64,000 bases of DNA, taken from positions 1-64,000 of IMG/VR virus record IMGVR_UViG_3300020398_000005. The stretch is one strand, 5' to 3'. Positions 39,984 to 48,739 of this stretch are shown one piece after another. This stretch comes from an uncultured virus (IMG/VR IMGVR_UViG_3300020398_000005). Lineage: Duplodnaviria; Heunggongvirae; Uroviricota; Caudoviricetes. Every line of letters starts with the position of its first letter. The stretch's first letter is position 1. Both the position numbers and the translations under genes were made by a program. Under the pieces are notes generated by a model that ran no database searches, was not told where the DNA came from, and saw only the letters and a list, made by a program, of their open reading frames with translations.

Positions 39984-40442
39984 TTATACTTCTCTGTATA
40001 TTACGCCAGTCTCGTGAAACATTTCAAGCGAAGCGCTATAGCCGTCAGAGTGTCTTGCAGCGTACCAGTTAGATCCTACACCACCGTTCTTGTCTACAAT
40101 CACCTCGGCTATTTGTACCTGAATGATAGCACGGGCACAATCAGCGCACGGTGTGTGGGTGACGTAGATTCGACAACCAACAAGTGACTGGCCTTGGTTT
40201 TGATAAATAGCGTTCCGTTCCGCGTGCTCAAAATAAGATCGTTTAGTCGGGCGTTCATGACGTGCAGGTACATCATCATTTACGCCCCTAGGAAAGCCAT
40301 TGTAACCAGCAGAAACCATCGTATTCCTGCTGTCTACAATTACACTACCTACCTGGGTACTCTCGTCTTTGGACCAAGTGGCTATTAGACGAGCAACGTC
40401 GATGAAGCGCTGGTCCCATTTCTCTTGTCTAGTAACGGTCAT
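39984..40442 (-). CDS. dCMP deaminase
   Basis: SKD.STQVG, GYNGFPRG, HAE and PCxxC motifs. Confidence 0.93.
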   Translation of the reverse strand: MTVTRQEKWDQRFIDVARLIATWSKDESTQVGSVIVDSRNTMVSAGYNGFPRGVNDDVPARHERPTKRSYFEHAERNAIYQNQGQSLVGCRIYVTHTPCADCARAIIQVQIAEVIVDKNGGVGSNWYAARHSDGYSASLEMFHETGVIYREV

Positions 40443-40801
40443 TCTCCTACGATCTCGTCAGGCGCTTCGTCGCCGGAGTCAGCCTTTGGCTTTGATTTAG
40501 AACGTGATCTCGGCGCAGGTTTTTCTTCCGTTTTCTCTTCGGCTTTGGTCTCTTCAACCTTAGTCTTAATCTCCGCTTCGTCCGCATCTGGTTTAATGCT
40601 TACGTTTTTAACCGAGTTAGGAGATCGCGAGTAATACTCTTCCGACACTTGCTTGGCTGTTTTAATAATTTTGCCTTGGCTGTCGATAATATCACCGCGT
40701 GCGTTCATGGATGCGTTGCCTACGGCAGGTACAGTGTCATTACTGCGCATTAGTTGACCGAAATCAATATCACGGCCGCGTTTGGTTTTAACTTTCTTCA
40801 T
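40439..40801 (-). CDS. Hypothetical jumbo-phage protein
   Basis: 120 aa with AVGNxxxNARGD motif. Confidence 0.65.
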   Translation of the reverse strand: MKKVKTKRGRDIDFGQLMRSNDTVPAVGNASMNARGDIIDSQGKIIKTAKQVSEEYYSRSPNSVKNVSIKPDADEAEIKTKVEETKAEEKTEEKPAPRSRSKSKPKADSGDEAPDEIVGE

Positions 40802-41348
40802 CGTTGTTCCCTAAGTCTTTTGCAAATTCTGCGAAATCTAGATCGTAAAGCATCGAATCTACATCATGTAGGCCTAACTTATACAGCAAGTAAGAACTAA
40901 CACTTGATCCACGCCCTACTCCCCACGTTACGTTTGAAACTTCACATACATAAAGTACGTAAAGCAAATATTTAAGAAGCGGTATCGAGTCGCACTCAAG
41001 GAAATAGTCATATTCCATTTTAATGCGTTCTTTTTCTTCGTCAGTTGTGCACAACCCGTATAAGTAATCAAGCAAATCAAGGTCAGCAAATTCAGGCGGT
41101 GTAAGCCATTCGGACTTACATCTTTCAAGGAATGGTAAAGTTTTTTCGTAGTCGTAATCAGGCGTGGTTATTGCCATCTTGTCGAACAAGTCGGCAGCTT
41201 CATGATACCGTTTGACTTCGTCTTCGTCGCTTACTACTACAACGTCAGTCGGTTTGACGCCTTCTAGAATCGCGTTCACTACGTCGGCTCGGTCGAATAT
41301 TGGCCGAGCGAGAGCGTCTAGCTTTCTTACTTTTGCGTTCATCTGCAC
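40788..41348 (-). CDS. Truncated DNA polymerase III alpha (DnaE)-like fragment
   Basis: GVGRGSSVSSYLLYKLGLHDVD matches DnaE GxGRGS; only 186 aa. Confidence 0.8.
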   Translation of the reverse strand: MQMNAKVRKLDALARPIFDRADVVNAILEGVKPTDVVVVSDEDEVKRYHEAADLFDKMAITTPDYDYEKTLPFLERCKSEWLTPPEFADLDLLDYLYGLCTTDEEKERIKMEYDYFLECDSIPLLKYLLYVLYVCEVSNVTWGVGRGSSVSSYLLYKLGLHDVDSMLYDLDFAEFAKDLGNNDEES

Positions 41349-41538
41349 CGTTCATCTTATCTTCAATTTCTTTCTGTTGTTTTTCTTCCAGATCAGAAAT
41401 AAGTACGTCAAGCTGGGCTAACATTTGATGATAGCCCTTGCTCATCGCGTTGGCACGGCGCTGTCTCAAATGCATGAGTTTTTGCTGAGTATTCAGCTTA
41501 TCCACATCTAGTTGATTTTCATCGCCGTTACCGTTCAT
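41245..41538 (-). CDS. Small helical hypothetical protein
   Basis: 97-aa ORF; its 3' end overlaps the DnaE-like gene. Confidence 0.5.
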   Translation of the reverse strand: MNGNGDENQLDVDKLNTQQKLMHLRQRRANAMSKGYHQMLAQLDVLISDLEEKQQKEIEDKMNGADERKSKKARRSRSANIRPSRRSERDSRRRQTD

Positions 41539-41541
41539 TGA

Positions 41542-41991
41542 TTAGACATCCGTCTTAGTACGCTTTTCAGAACGATCCACGTCAAATCCTGTCGGGAATC
41601 GTGCTTCTAGTTTTGCTCGGTTAAGTTCCATGAGTTCACTAGGTTTCATACCCAGCGCCATCACAGCCTGTACCCAGTAAAAGATAACATCACCGAGTTC
41701 TTTCTTGAGGTGGTCGGTGGTTTTCTCGTCAAGGTCCTTGCCTTGGAACAGCACTTTCTTCATGATATCAAGTGCTTCGCCTGATTCTGAAGAAAGGCCA
41801 ATAACACCGGTCATTAGACGAGAAAGTGATTCGTGCTCTTGTAAAGAGATTAAGCGATGGATAACTTTGAGAAGTTCATCGCTGTCTTTTGTAGGCAGCG
41901 ATGACACCGAGTCTACAAATCTTGAGTATTCGTGTATATCAAAGTTATCCGGAGTGCTTAGGTCAGTTTGTTTAATAGGAGTTGATGACAT
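41542..41991 (-). CDS. mazG: MazG-like NTP pyrophosphohydrolase
   Basis: GLSSESGE..D..KK, ELGDV, N..KL..RF motifs. Confidence 0.9.
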   Translation of the reverse strand: MSSTPIKQTDLSTPDNFDIHEYSRFVDSVSSLPTKDSDELLKVIHRLISLQEHESLSRLMTGVIGLSSESGEALDIMKKVLFQGKDLDEKTTDHLKKELGDVIFYWVQAVMALGMKPSELMELNRAKLEARFPTGFDVDRSEKRTKTDV

Positions 41992-42026
41992 CTTTATTAT
42001 TATCCTTAGTGTGTCTTTAATGCGTA

Positions 42027-42078
42027 TATTTAATGTTGTACTAACTTATATGATACAAAAATGCATCACTTTTGTCAA
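42027..42078 (-). promoter_or_regulatory. Tandem sigma70-like and late-type promoters for mazG
   Basis: TTGACA-N17-TATCAT (42050-42078) and TAAATA (42027-42032). Confidence 0.6.
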
Positions 42079-42509
42079 TACTCGTTGTGTCTTTCGCTTC
42101 TTATAAACTGGAAAAGCATATCTAATGTCTTTTCTACTTTTTGCTCTACTCGAGCAATTTTCACATCGTTCGCATCATGTGAACGTTGAATTTCTTGACG
42201 CAATTGTGCCTGATAGTCGTTATTGTTTTCTCTAGTTTGATCAACACGACCGTTAAGCGCGTCAATCCTAGATACTAACTCATTATAATTGTTAACAGAC
42301 CCCGTTTCTAATTTAGATAGGCGCTCTTTTAACTCTGTTAATGTACTATCGACATCCTTCTTATACTGCTCATTGAAATCGGATTTGCTCTGCAAGCTTT
42401 TTTCTTTGGACTGGTGTTTAACCAGCGTAATTATTCCAATTACTACAGCTATAACCGAGCCAACTATTGCGATGCCTGCGCCGAGCGTTATAGTTGTTGG
42501 TTCTGCCAT
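42075..42509 (-). CDS. Membrane-anchored coiled-coil protein
   Basis: N-terminal TM (LGAGIAIVGSVIAVVIGIITLV) followed by a heptad-rich region. Confidence 0.7.
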   Translation of the reverse strand: MAEPTTITLGAGIAIVGSVIAVVIGIITLVKHQSKEKSLQSKSDFNEQYKKDVDSTLTELKERLSKLETGSVNNYNELVSRIDALNGRVDQTRENNNDYQAQLRQEIQRSHDANDVKIARVEQKVEKTLDMLFQFIRSERHNEY

Positions 42510-42516
42510 GACTACC

Positions 42517-42951
42517 TCACATAGACTTAATTTTTGTTAACTCTTCCAACATCAGGTCGAGTTGATTTTTGCGTGATGTTCTTGCTTTTTGGAGGTATGT
42601 ATGTGTTTTATCATATGCCCACTGTACCAATTCCTTGGCGTATTTGGTGCACAACAAGTCAACGGGTAATAAACAATTCTTACTACGAGTTACTTTCAGT
42701 TCATCATTAGTAATATACGCCGCTGGTACTCCTTTACTGTTAATCAGTGTCGCGTAATTACTAGTTACCATATCTTGATCGATTAAGATAACCGCGGTAA
42801 TTACGCCATCCGCATAACGGAGCGCACGGTCAATATCATTAAAAGATACCACCGCTATTTCAGTGACAAACGATTCTAAATTTTGAACGACTTCTTCGTA
42901 CTGAGTGACAATGATAACTTCTAATATAGGATGTTTTTCTGTAGATACCAT
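42517..42951 (-). CDS. Degenerate receiver (REC)-like protein
   Basis: Alternating beta/alpha pattern: VIIV, VVSF...AL, VILID, VPAAYIT, LLPVD. Confidence 0.4.
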   Translation of the reverse strand: MVSTEKHPILEVIIVTQYEEVVQNLESFVTEIAVVSFNDIDRALRYADGVITAVILIDQDMVTSNYATLINSKGVPAAYITNDELKVTRSKNCLLPVDLLCTKYAKELVQWAYDKTHTYLQKARTSRKNQLDLMLEELTKIKSM

Positions 42952-42994
42952 ACTTAGTTTACCACGTTTTGTTTAACTTTATTTAGCTAAAGAC

Positions 42995-43023
42995 AAAGAA
43001 GCCGCTTTAAAAGCGGCTTCTTT
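42995..43023. terminator. Intrinsic terminator after clpP
   Basis: AAAGAAGCCGCTTT-A-AAAGCGGCTTCTTT. Confidence 0.8.
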
Positions 43024-43041
43024 CTTAATGTTTGTGTACAG

Positions 43042-43608
43042 TTATTTTAAGTCGTTGATAGACTTGATTACCTCGTCAATCAAGCCATACTCCTTGGCTT
43101 CAGCTGCTGACATAAAATTGTCGCGGTCAGTATCAGCTTCAATCTTATCGAGCGGCTGTTTGGTGAAATCAGCGAGCATTCGGTTTAGTTTGTCTTTAAT
43201 AGACAGAATCTCTTTGGCGTGTATTTCAAAGTCAGATGCTTGGCCTTGGAATCCACCTAAAGGCTGATGAATCATTACACGGCAATTAGGTAGCGCGTAA
43301 CGGACATCGCCGGCTGCCAATAAGAACGAACCCATCGAACAACACTGACCGGTGCCAACTGTAATAATACGAGAGTTCACAAACTTCATCGTATCATACA
43401 TGGATAAGCCCGCAGTTACGGCGCCGCCTGGTGAATTAACGTATACGTAAATGTCAGCTTCCATCTTGGATTCAAGGTAAAGTATCTGAGCATTTACCGA
43501 CTCAGCCATGTGATCATTTACAGGACCGTTAATTAGTACAATGCGGTCTTCCAAAAGTCGTGAAGCCAAGTCAACTACACGGTTATTCTCTATGATCATT
43601 GGAATCAT
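43042..43608 (-). CDS. clpP: ATP-dependent Clp protease proteolytic subunit
   Basis: SRLLxDRI, NSPGG, CSMG (Ser), MIHQP (His), DRD (Asp). Confidence 0.96.
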   Translation of the reverse strand: MIPMIIENNRVVDLASRLLEDRIVLINGPVNDHMAESVNAQILYLESKMEADIYVYVNSPGGAVTAGLSMYDTMKFVNSRIITVGTGQCCSMGSFLLAAGDVRYALPNCRVMIHQPLGGFQGQASDFEIHAKEILSIKDKLNRMLADFTKQPLDKIEADTDRDNFMSAAEAKEYGLIDEVIKSINDLK

Positions 43609-43617
43609 ATATTTTCC

Positions 43618-44394
43618 TTATTGTGGTAAAACTTTGTCAATAGTAGCTAGTAAATCCGGATCAAACGCTAGCTTGTTTTCTGGATTAAGTGAATCCATAT
43701 TCTCAATACACCATAACCAGTAATCAGCCGGAACTTCTGAGAACGGTTTGCCTTTGTGTTTTCCAAAAGGCACTGTTTGGTATATTGTCGGTTCTTGCGC
43801 GTACTGAACAACGTCGGCGAGCATATCAGGTCCGGGCTCTATGATACCGCGTACGAGCATCGTTTCTACCATGACCTCTAGTAATCTGGCAGTGAAATAC
43901 GCATCGTGCGGGGCTCTGTGAAGCTGCAAATTATCTAATTCAGGGCGGTCTTCCGACAGGTCGAAGTGATATCGCATGTCAGGCAAATTGTATGATTCCA
44001 ACTCCGGGAACAACTTGCGGCCTAAACGTAGAGTACAGATAAACTGTTCTTCAGGGATATTTGCGCCATAAGCGTCCGATACAAGGAATTCATACTTTGC
44101 ATTGTGTGCAACAATAAAACGATCTCTGATAGAGTCAAAAAACTCGTTACGCTTGTATATGAACTCTTCGCGCCCTTCGAGCATACGCGGGGTAATCAAG
44201 CACACTGATTGGGTTTTAACAGGTAGGGCTCCTGCTACGTTGAATAGCTCGCCTTCCATTGACCACGTATTGCCATCAAAACTAGAAGTACCAGTTTCAA
44301 TAACTTCGACATCGTACGGGTCCAACCCGGTGGTCTCATAGTCTATTACGACTAATGATTTATAGAAATTCTTAACAAATAAATTCATTGACAT
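43618..44394 (-). CDS. DEDDh 3'-5' exonuclease (ExoX/DnaQ-like)
   Basis: DYETTG, VAHNAxYE, HRAxxD, and a C-terminal PFGKHKG..VPxDY domain. Confidence 0.9.
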   Translation of the reverse strand: MSMNLFVKNFYKSLVVIDYETTGLDPYDVEVIETGTSSFDGNTWSMEGELFNVAGALPVKTQSVCLITPRMLEGREEFIYKRNEFFDSIRDRFIVAHNAKYEFLVSDAYGANIPEEQFICTLRLGRKLFPELESYNLPDMRYHFDLSEDRPELDNLQLHRAPHDAYFTARLLEVMVETMLVRGIIEPGPDMLADVVQYAQEPTIYQTVPFGKHKGKPFSEVPADYWLWCIENMDSLNPENKLAFDPDLLATIDKVLPQ

Positions 44395-44621
44395 ATTCTC
44401 GTGTGTAGTCTAGATATATAGGACTCCGACTTAGTAGACAATTCTTCGTAACTATAGCGCGGATTAAAAGGATCTTCAACGGCGTAGTAATCAACAATTT
44501 CTTGCACTTGTTGATCAAAACTATCTAGTTGGGTCAAGACATGGTGGTTTACCGACCCGCGGCCGAGGTCGTCAAATACGGTTAAGTCTAAGCGATCGTC
44601 AAACTCGATATCGTCGTCCAT
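44385..44621 (-). CDS. Small acidic hypothetical protein
   Basis: 78-aa ORF. Confidence 0.6.
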   Translation of the reverse strand: MDDDIEFDDRLDLTVFDDLGRGSVNHHVLTQLDSFDQQVQEIVDYYAVEDPFNPRYSYEELSTKSESYISRLHTRICQ

Positions 44622-44656
44622 AATATATACTCTTTGTGTTTGTTATTATATCTAGC

Positions 44657-44698
44657 GCACATAATGATTATGTGTGAATTTTTTTAATCATTATGTGC
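44657..44698. repeat. Nested inverted repeat (possible operator)
   Basis: GCACATAATGATTA (44657-44670) pairs with TAATCATTATGTGC (44685-44698); inner CACATAAT-G-ATTATGTG. Confidence 0.8.
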
Positions 44699-44745
44699 AA
44701 CATACACAAAAAGTGGTCAACGGTCAAACTGTTTTTAAAAACTTT

Positions 44746-45093
44746 TTAAAGTTTTTTACCTAGTGCTTCATTCTCCAAGCGCACAGCGCCAATCTCTTTT
44801 AAGACACTAAACGGATTAATACTGGATTCTATCATATCCATTATGCATTCTACTTCACTTGCCAAATCATTTACCGGAAAATCTCGATGACTCTCGTCCC
44901 AGTAAGCGTATATGTGTTCGGGTTTCATATCCCTGAGTATTTCACTAAACTGGTCGTCTTGCATGGCAATGTTGAAGTTATTATACACGCCCGCATCTGC
45001 TATAAGGCGATTAGGTTCGTTTTCTTCGTGGCGTAACGAAATCAAAAGTACAGGTATATCTAGCGCTGATTTCAAGGTTGTTATTGTTGTCAT
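44746..45093 (-). CDS. Hypothetical protein
   Basis: 115-aa ORF. Confidence 0.65.
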   Translation of the reverse strand: MTTITTLKSALDIPVLLISLRHEENEPNRLIADAGVYNNFNIAMQDDQFSEILRDMKPEHIYAYWDESHRDFPVNDLASEVECIMDMIESSINPFSVLKEIGAVRLENEALGKKL

Positions 45094-45101
45094 TCTGTAT
45101 C

Positions 45102-45455
45102 CTAGCTAATATTACTGACGTCAACACCAATGGTAACTACAGTGTTGGTCTTCTCCGCAATTGCGGTATTCATCGCGTCTATGACTTTTTCCATGTCTGT
45201 CTCAGCCGTGCCATAATATGCGTTATAAACTGAAAAATTCCAACCGTTGAGGTCTTGGCCTGCAAGGGCTACCGCTTCATTGAAAAGCTTCGGTGTGATA
45301 TCCTTATAAGACTTAATTCGGTCAACTTTAAGATATTTAATGAGCCTTTCCATAGGTAGTATTAGAAACGTGCCAATTTCTCTGCCGGCGTCATCGCGTC
45401 CGTGGACTAGGCGACCAATGCTTTGTATGCTTGAGCTCATATAACTTCTCCTCAT
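45102..45455 (-). CDS. Hypothetical protein
   Basis: ORF; likely start ATG 45440 after GAGGAG, with GTAAATA upstream. Confidence 0.65.
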   Translation of the reverse strand: MRRSYMSSSIQSIGRLVHGRDDAGREIGTFLILPMERLIKYLKVDRIKSYKDITPKLFNEAVALAGQDLNGWNFSVYNAYYGTAETDMEKVIDAMNTAIAEKTNTVVTIGVDVSNIS

Positions 45456-45483
45456 TATACAATAAGTATTTACGCCACAGATG

Positions 45484-45512
45484 AAAAAGCCAGCTAGTAA
45501 ACTAACCGGCTT
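45484..45512 (-). terminator. Probable terminator
   Basis: Minus strand AAGCCGGTTAG-TTTA-CTAGCTGGCTTTTT (G-U pairs). Confidence 0.6.
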
Positions 45513-45558
45513 CGCCTTAGTGTTTTACACATGTTGACCCCAGTTTAGGGAGCCTGTA

Positions 45559-45681
45559 TTAAACAGCCAGAACGGCAAGTACAATAACAGTCGTCACGAC
45601 TAGTAAAGTACCGTTCAATACAGCTTCTTCCCATCGTGATACCTGTGAAAAATTAAACTTATTCACAAGATTTTTAAGCAT
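45559..45681 (-). CDS. 40-aa single-TM small protein (not in the ORF track)
   Basis: MLKNLVNKFNFSQVSRWEEAVLNGTLLVVTTVIVLAVLAV*; TAATG coupling to the clpS stop. Confidence 0.6.
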   Translation of the reverse strand: MLKNLVNKFNFSQVSRWEEAVLNGTLLVVTTVIVLAVLAV

Positions 45682-45992
45682 TATTCTTCCTCAATAGATA
45701 CCTTTAATTTTGCCCCATTGAGTTTGTTGGCACTGTCAACTTCATTTACTTTAGTCTCAGCGATCTCGTAGGGGTAAGAGCCCACAACGCCGCGCTCACC
45801 GTTGTGCACAGTAAACATAAAGTTTATAGCTTTTTCTTGGCTGTAACCGAAAACGTTAACTAAGATGAATATGACATAGTCCATATGCGTTACTTCGTCA
45901 TTATGCATGACTACCACTACGTCTTTAGGAATTTCAAAGTCTTCGTTAGTGTCGATATCGGTTCTTTGGATAGTATCTGTTTGTTGAGCCAT
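45681..45992 (-). CDS. clpS: ClpS N-degron adaptor
   Basis: VVMHNDEVTHMDYV, VH..xGVVGxYPYEIAETK; GAGG SD before ATG 45992. Confidence 0.9.
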   Translation of the reverse strand: MAQQTDTIQRTDIDTNEDFEIPKDVVVVMHNDEVTHMDYVIFILVNVFGYSQEKAINFMFTVHNGERGVVGSYPYEIAETKVNEVDSANKLNGAKLKVSIEEE

Positions 45993-46041
45993 TGTTACCT
46001 CTTTAATAAGATTTTTTAACAATCTCTACTACAAAACTGAG

Positions 46042-46134
46042 TAGAGCGTGATAGTTACATATCACGCTCTAATTATACTGATTTCACCAAGCATTGTCTA
46101 GACTTTACGATCACGTCGTTGCTATCTTTATTTA
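46042..46134 (-). promoter_or_regulatory. clpS upstream region: late TAAATA, sigma70-like promoter and a 12-bp inverted repeat
   Basis: TAAATA at 46129-46134; TAGACA-N17-TATAAT at 46072-46100; TAGAGCGTGATA-N6-TATCACGCTCTA at 46042-46071. Confidence 0.6.
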
Positions 46135-46214
46135 CGTAAATCAGTTACAGATTTGAGCATTTTTGTTTAAAATTAAAACTATATTTTCTAATACAGTGTA
46201 TTAGGAAAACTTAT

Positions 46215-47018
46215 TCATCCGTAATTTAATCGCAACATAGCAAGCTCGGATTCACTGAGCTCAGTGTGTTGCGCAAATTCAAGGACATCTTTACACCAGA
46301 GACCATTATAGTGAAATTCAGCGATACTATCGCCGCTAGCGGATTCAACTACTACCGCAGGAGAGTGTGTATGATGCATTCTACCAAAACGATGATAGAC
46401 AATCCCTTCTTTGCAATCTACTGTACCCAATGAATTGACATATATTGTGCCGCCGTATTGTACCAAAGAAGGGATGCCGTTGAAAGAATGAGGGCGCCAG
46501 CGGACAGACGAAGAACGATTTTTGTTATAAGGGTGCCTACTATCCATCCCGTTTGTGTCGGCAATGAAAGTAGATAACCTTTCATAATAAACTTCAGTCT
46601 CACCGGGCGCAGTATTAAAGACGCTATGTTCGATTTTTTTGAACTCACTACCTAGTTCGTCAGTGTATACCTCCACAGTAGCATTTTTAACAGGACCTGC
46701 ATACTCTTCAATTATGGCAGCTTTACCGCCATCTCTTACAAAATTAGATCCGTTAAACCACGAGTGGGTGACAATACTGTATTCTTTTGTCTGGTTCGTG
46801 TACTTGGTAATAAACGCAGGTTCGTCGTTCTCCGACTTCACTTCACCTGTCTTGTCACGTATCCAGGTTTCTAGCACTATCTTTTCATTTATTTTCTGGG
46901 GCCTTTTTGCATCGTCGTCCATAAAAATGCTTGGTGCTATACCTAAAGTTTGAACAATGTGTTTGTTATCTGATTTAGTATACTCACGTATACTGTAAGA
47001 GTAGTTATCCATACTCAT
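46215..47018 (-). CDS. Orphan member of the C-terminally tagged family (LSESELAMLRLNYG)
   Basis: 267 aa; contains G.MHH..SPAV / RDGGKAAI segments reminiscent of phage GxLHRxDGPA repeats. Confidence 0.75.
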   Translation of the reverse strand: MSMDNYSYSIREYTKSDNKHIVQTLGIAPSIFMDDDAKRPQKINEKIVLETWIRDKTGEVKSENDEPAFITKYTNQTKEYSIVTHSWFNGSNFVRDGGKAAIIEEYAGPVKNATVEVYTDELGSEFKKIEHSVFNTAPGETEVYYERLSTFIADTNGMDSRHPYNKNRSSSVRWRPHSFNGIPSLVQYGGTIYVNSLGTVDCKEGIVYHRFGRMHHTHSPAVVVESASGDSIAEFHYNGLWCKDVLEFAQHTELSESELAMLRLNYG

Positions 47019-47043
47019 ACCTGATGTGTAGCTTTTTGAGTCT

Positions 47044-47081
47044 ATTATACTGACGAACTACGTTTTCAGCAAGACTAAATA
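47044..47081. promoter_or_regulatory. Back-to-back sigma70-like (minus) and late TAAATA (plus) promoters
   Basis: TTGCTG-N17-TATAAT on minus (47044-47072); TAAATA on plus (47076-47081). Confidence 0.6.
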
Positions 47082-47110
47082 TTATAAAATCCACAAACAC
47101 GAGTCCGTCC

Positions 47111-48739
47111 ATGAAAGATATTGTATATTACTCAAAGTCGTTGTCTGCCTTAGAATCATTTAAAAAACAATGGCCCCATGCCTTAATAGTAAACACGTCT
47201 GATATGGCGGAGGCAGTGCGAGTTTTAAAAAATACTTTTACTTCTGTAAGATACCTTATCGCAGAGGGTGACGAAGACTTCCTACAGTATGTGCCTACGG
47301 GCAGTGATGCTGACTTAATCCACACCTTTAATAACTCTCTTATTGTGCCCTGGCACACTGAAGTCACAAGCGACTTTCATGGTTTCGGCATAGCTGTTTC
47401 AGCTAACATGAATCCAGAGTATGTCGAATTTGAAGGATTACAAAACATAACAGAGCCGGTTGATTACGTGCCGACCGATTCTATTACTGTGGTATACGGC
47501 ACCGAAGAACGTTTTTATAGTGAGGATGTAATACACATACCGTCGTTAGGCGAGGATGCATTATGGCCATCACTTGCCACCCAACCAAAGTCATGGATCC
47601 ATTTTCAACATGTGTCGGTTGCTCAATCTGATACTACCTTGCGCAGTAAACTTGACCCCAACTCTATACACAGACGCGGGTCTAATTACTGCTTCACAAT
47701 GCACAAGGACTTGATCGACACCAATCGTAAGTTTAAATTGGCACACTTAAAAGTTAAGGACCATCACGCGCCTAATACAGTAGTGAACCGAGCTTCATGG
47801 CCTGTTTATCAAGATATCAATAAACTAGAAGCCAGCAATCACACCGAAGCACTCTTAGTGCCGATCGGATCTACTGTCAACGACACTGCGTTAGAGTATG
47901 TGCCAGAGATACACGAGCACGAAGCATCTGTCTTAATGAGGGAAACTGATTCACGTGGTTTTAGCATCGGCGGAGGCGGCGTCAAACTAGTCAACAAAGG
48001 CACTAATAAGTCAGTATACAGCAAAGCAATCGGCTCTTCCATTGCTGAGTTTGATATCATATTCTTATCAAACAACGAGTCGTTTGCTGACGATCACTAC
48101 GCTCAATTGAAAGAACGGTTCCCGCGTGCTAAACGAGTTAACGGCGTGAAGGGAATCGGCAAAGCACACCAAGTGTGTGCCGAAGTCGCCAACACTGATA
48201 TGTTCTGGGTAGTAGACGCCGACAGCGTAATTGTCCCAGATTTCAAGTTTGATTTTATCCCGCCTCGTAGCGCATGGCACAAGGTGTACGTATTCAGGAG
48301 TAAGAACCCTGTTAATAATTTAATATACGGCCACGGCGGCGTCAAGCTTTTTCCAAGGAACAGAGTTCTAGATGCAGAGACTGATGTAGTAGACTTCACT
48401 ACTAGTTTAGGTGACTTCTGTGCTGTCAGTGTACTGAGCAACGTCAACGCGTACGATAAAAGCGGCTGGCATGTGTGGCGTACTGCCGTTCGAGAAGCGG
48501 CAAAGTTACAGAACCAAGTAAAACATAATCCAGAAGACCTCGTATCGGCACGTCGGCTAGAACAATGGCTAACGGTAGGTGAAGGCGAGTACGGTAGCAT
48601 TTCATTAAAAGGCGCTCGTTTTGGTGCTGACCTATCACTAAATACGATTAGCATATCTCCGATAAACAACGACGGGTGGCTACGAGGATATTATGATGAG
48701 GTTCATGAATATGGAGATGACGTTTCTGAATTGGAGTGA
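47111..48739 (+). CDS. GT-A glycosyltransferase-like protein
   Basis: C-terminal domain FDIIFLS..E, GVKGI..AH, FWVVDAD (DxD), YGHGGVKL; degenerate N-terminal copies (GGGGVKL). Confidence 0.65.
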   Translation: MKDIVYYSKSLSALESFKKQWPHALIVNTSDMAEAVRVLKNTFTSVRYLIAEGDEDFLQYVPTGSDADLIHTFNNSLIVPWHTEVTSDFHGFGIAVSANMNPEYVEFEGLQNITEPVDYVPTDSITVVYGTEERFYSEDVIHIPSLGEDALWPSLATQPKSWIHFQHVSVAQSDTTLRSKLDPNSIHRRGSNYCFTMHKDLIDTNRKFKLAHLKVKDHHAPNTVVNRASWPVYQDINKLEASNHTEALLVPIGSTVNDTALEYVPEIHEHEASVLMRETDSRGFSIGGGGVKLVNKGTNKSVYSKAIGSSIAEFDIIFLSNNESFADDHYAQLKERFPRAKRVNGVKGIGKAHQVCAEVANTDMFWVVDADSVIVPDFKFDFIPPRSAWHKVYVFRSKNPVNNLIYGHGGVKLFPRNRVLDAETDVVDFTTSLGDFCAVSVLSNVNAYDKSGWHVWRTAVREAAKLQNQVKHNPEDLVSARRLEQWLTVGEGEYGSISLKGARFGADLSLNTISISPINNDGWLRGYYDEVHEYGDDVSELE

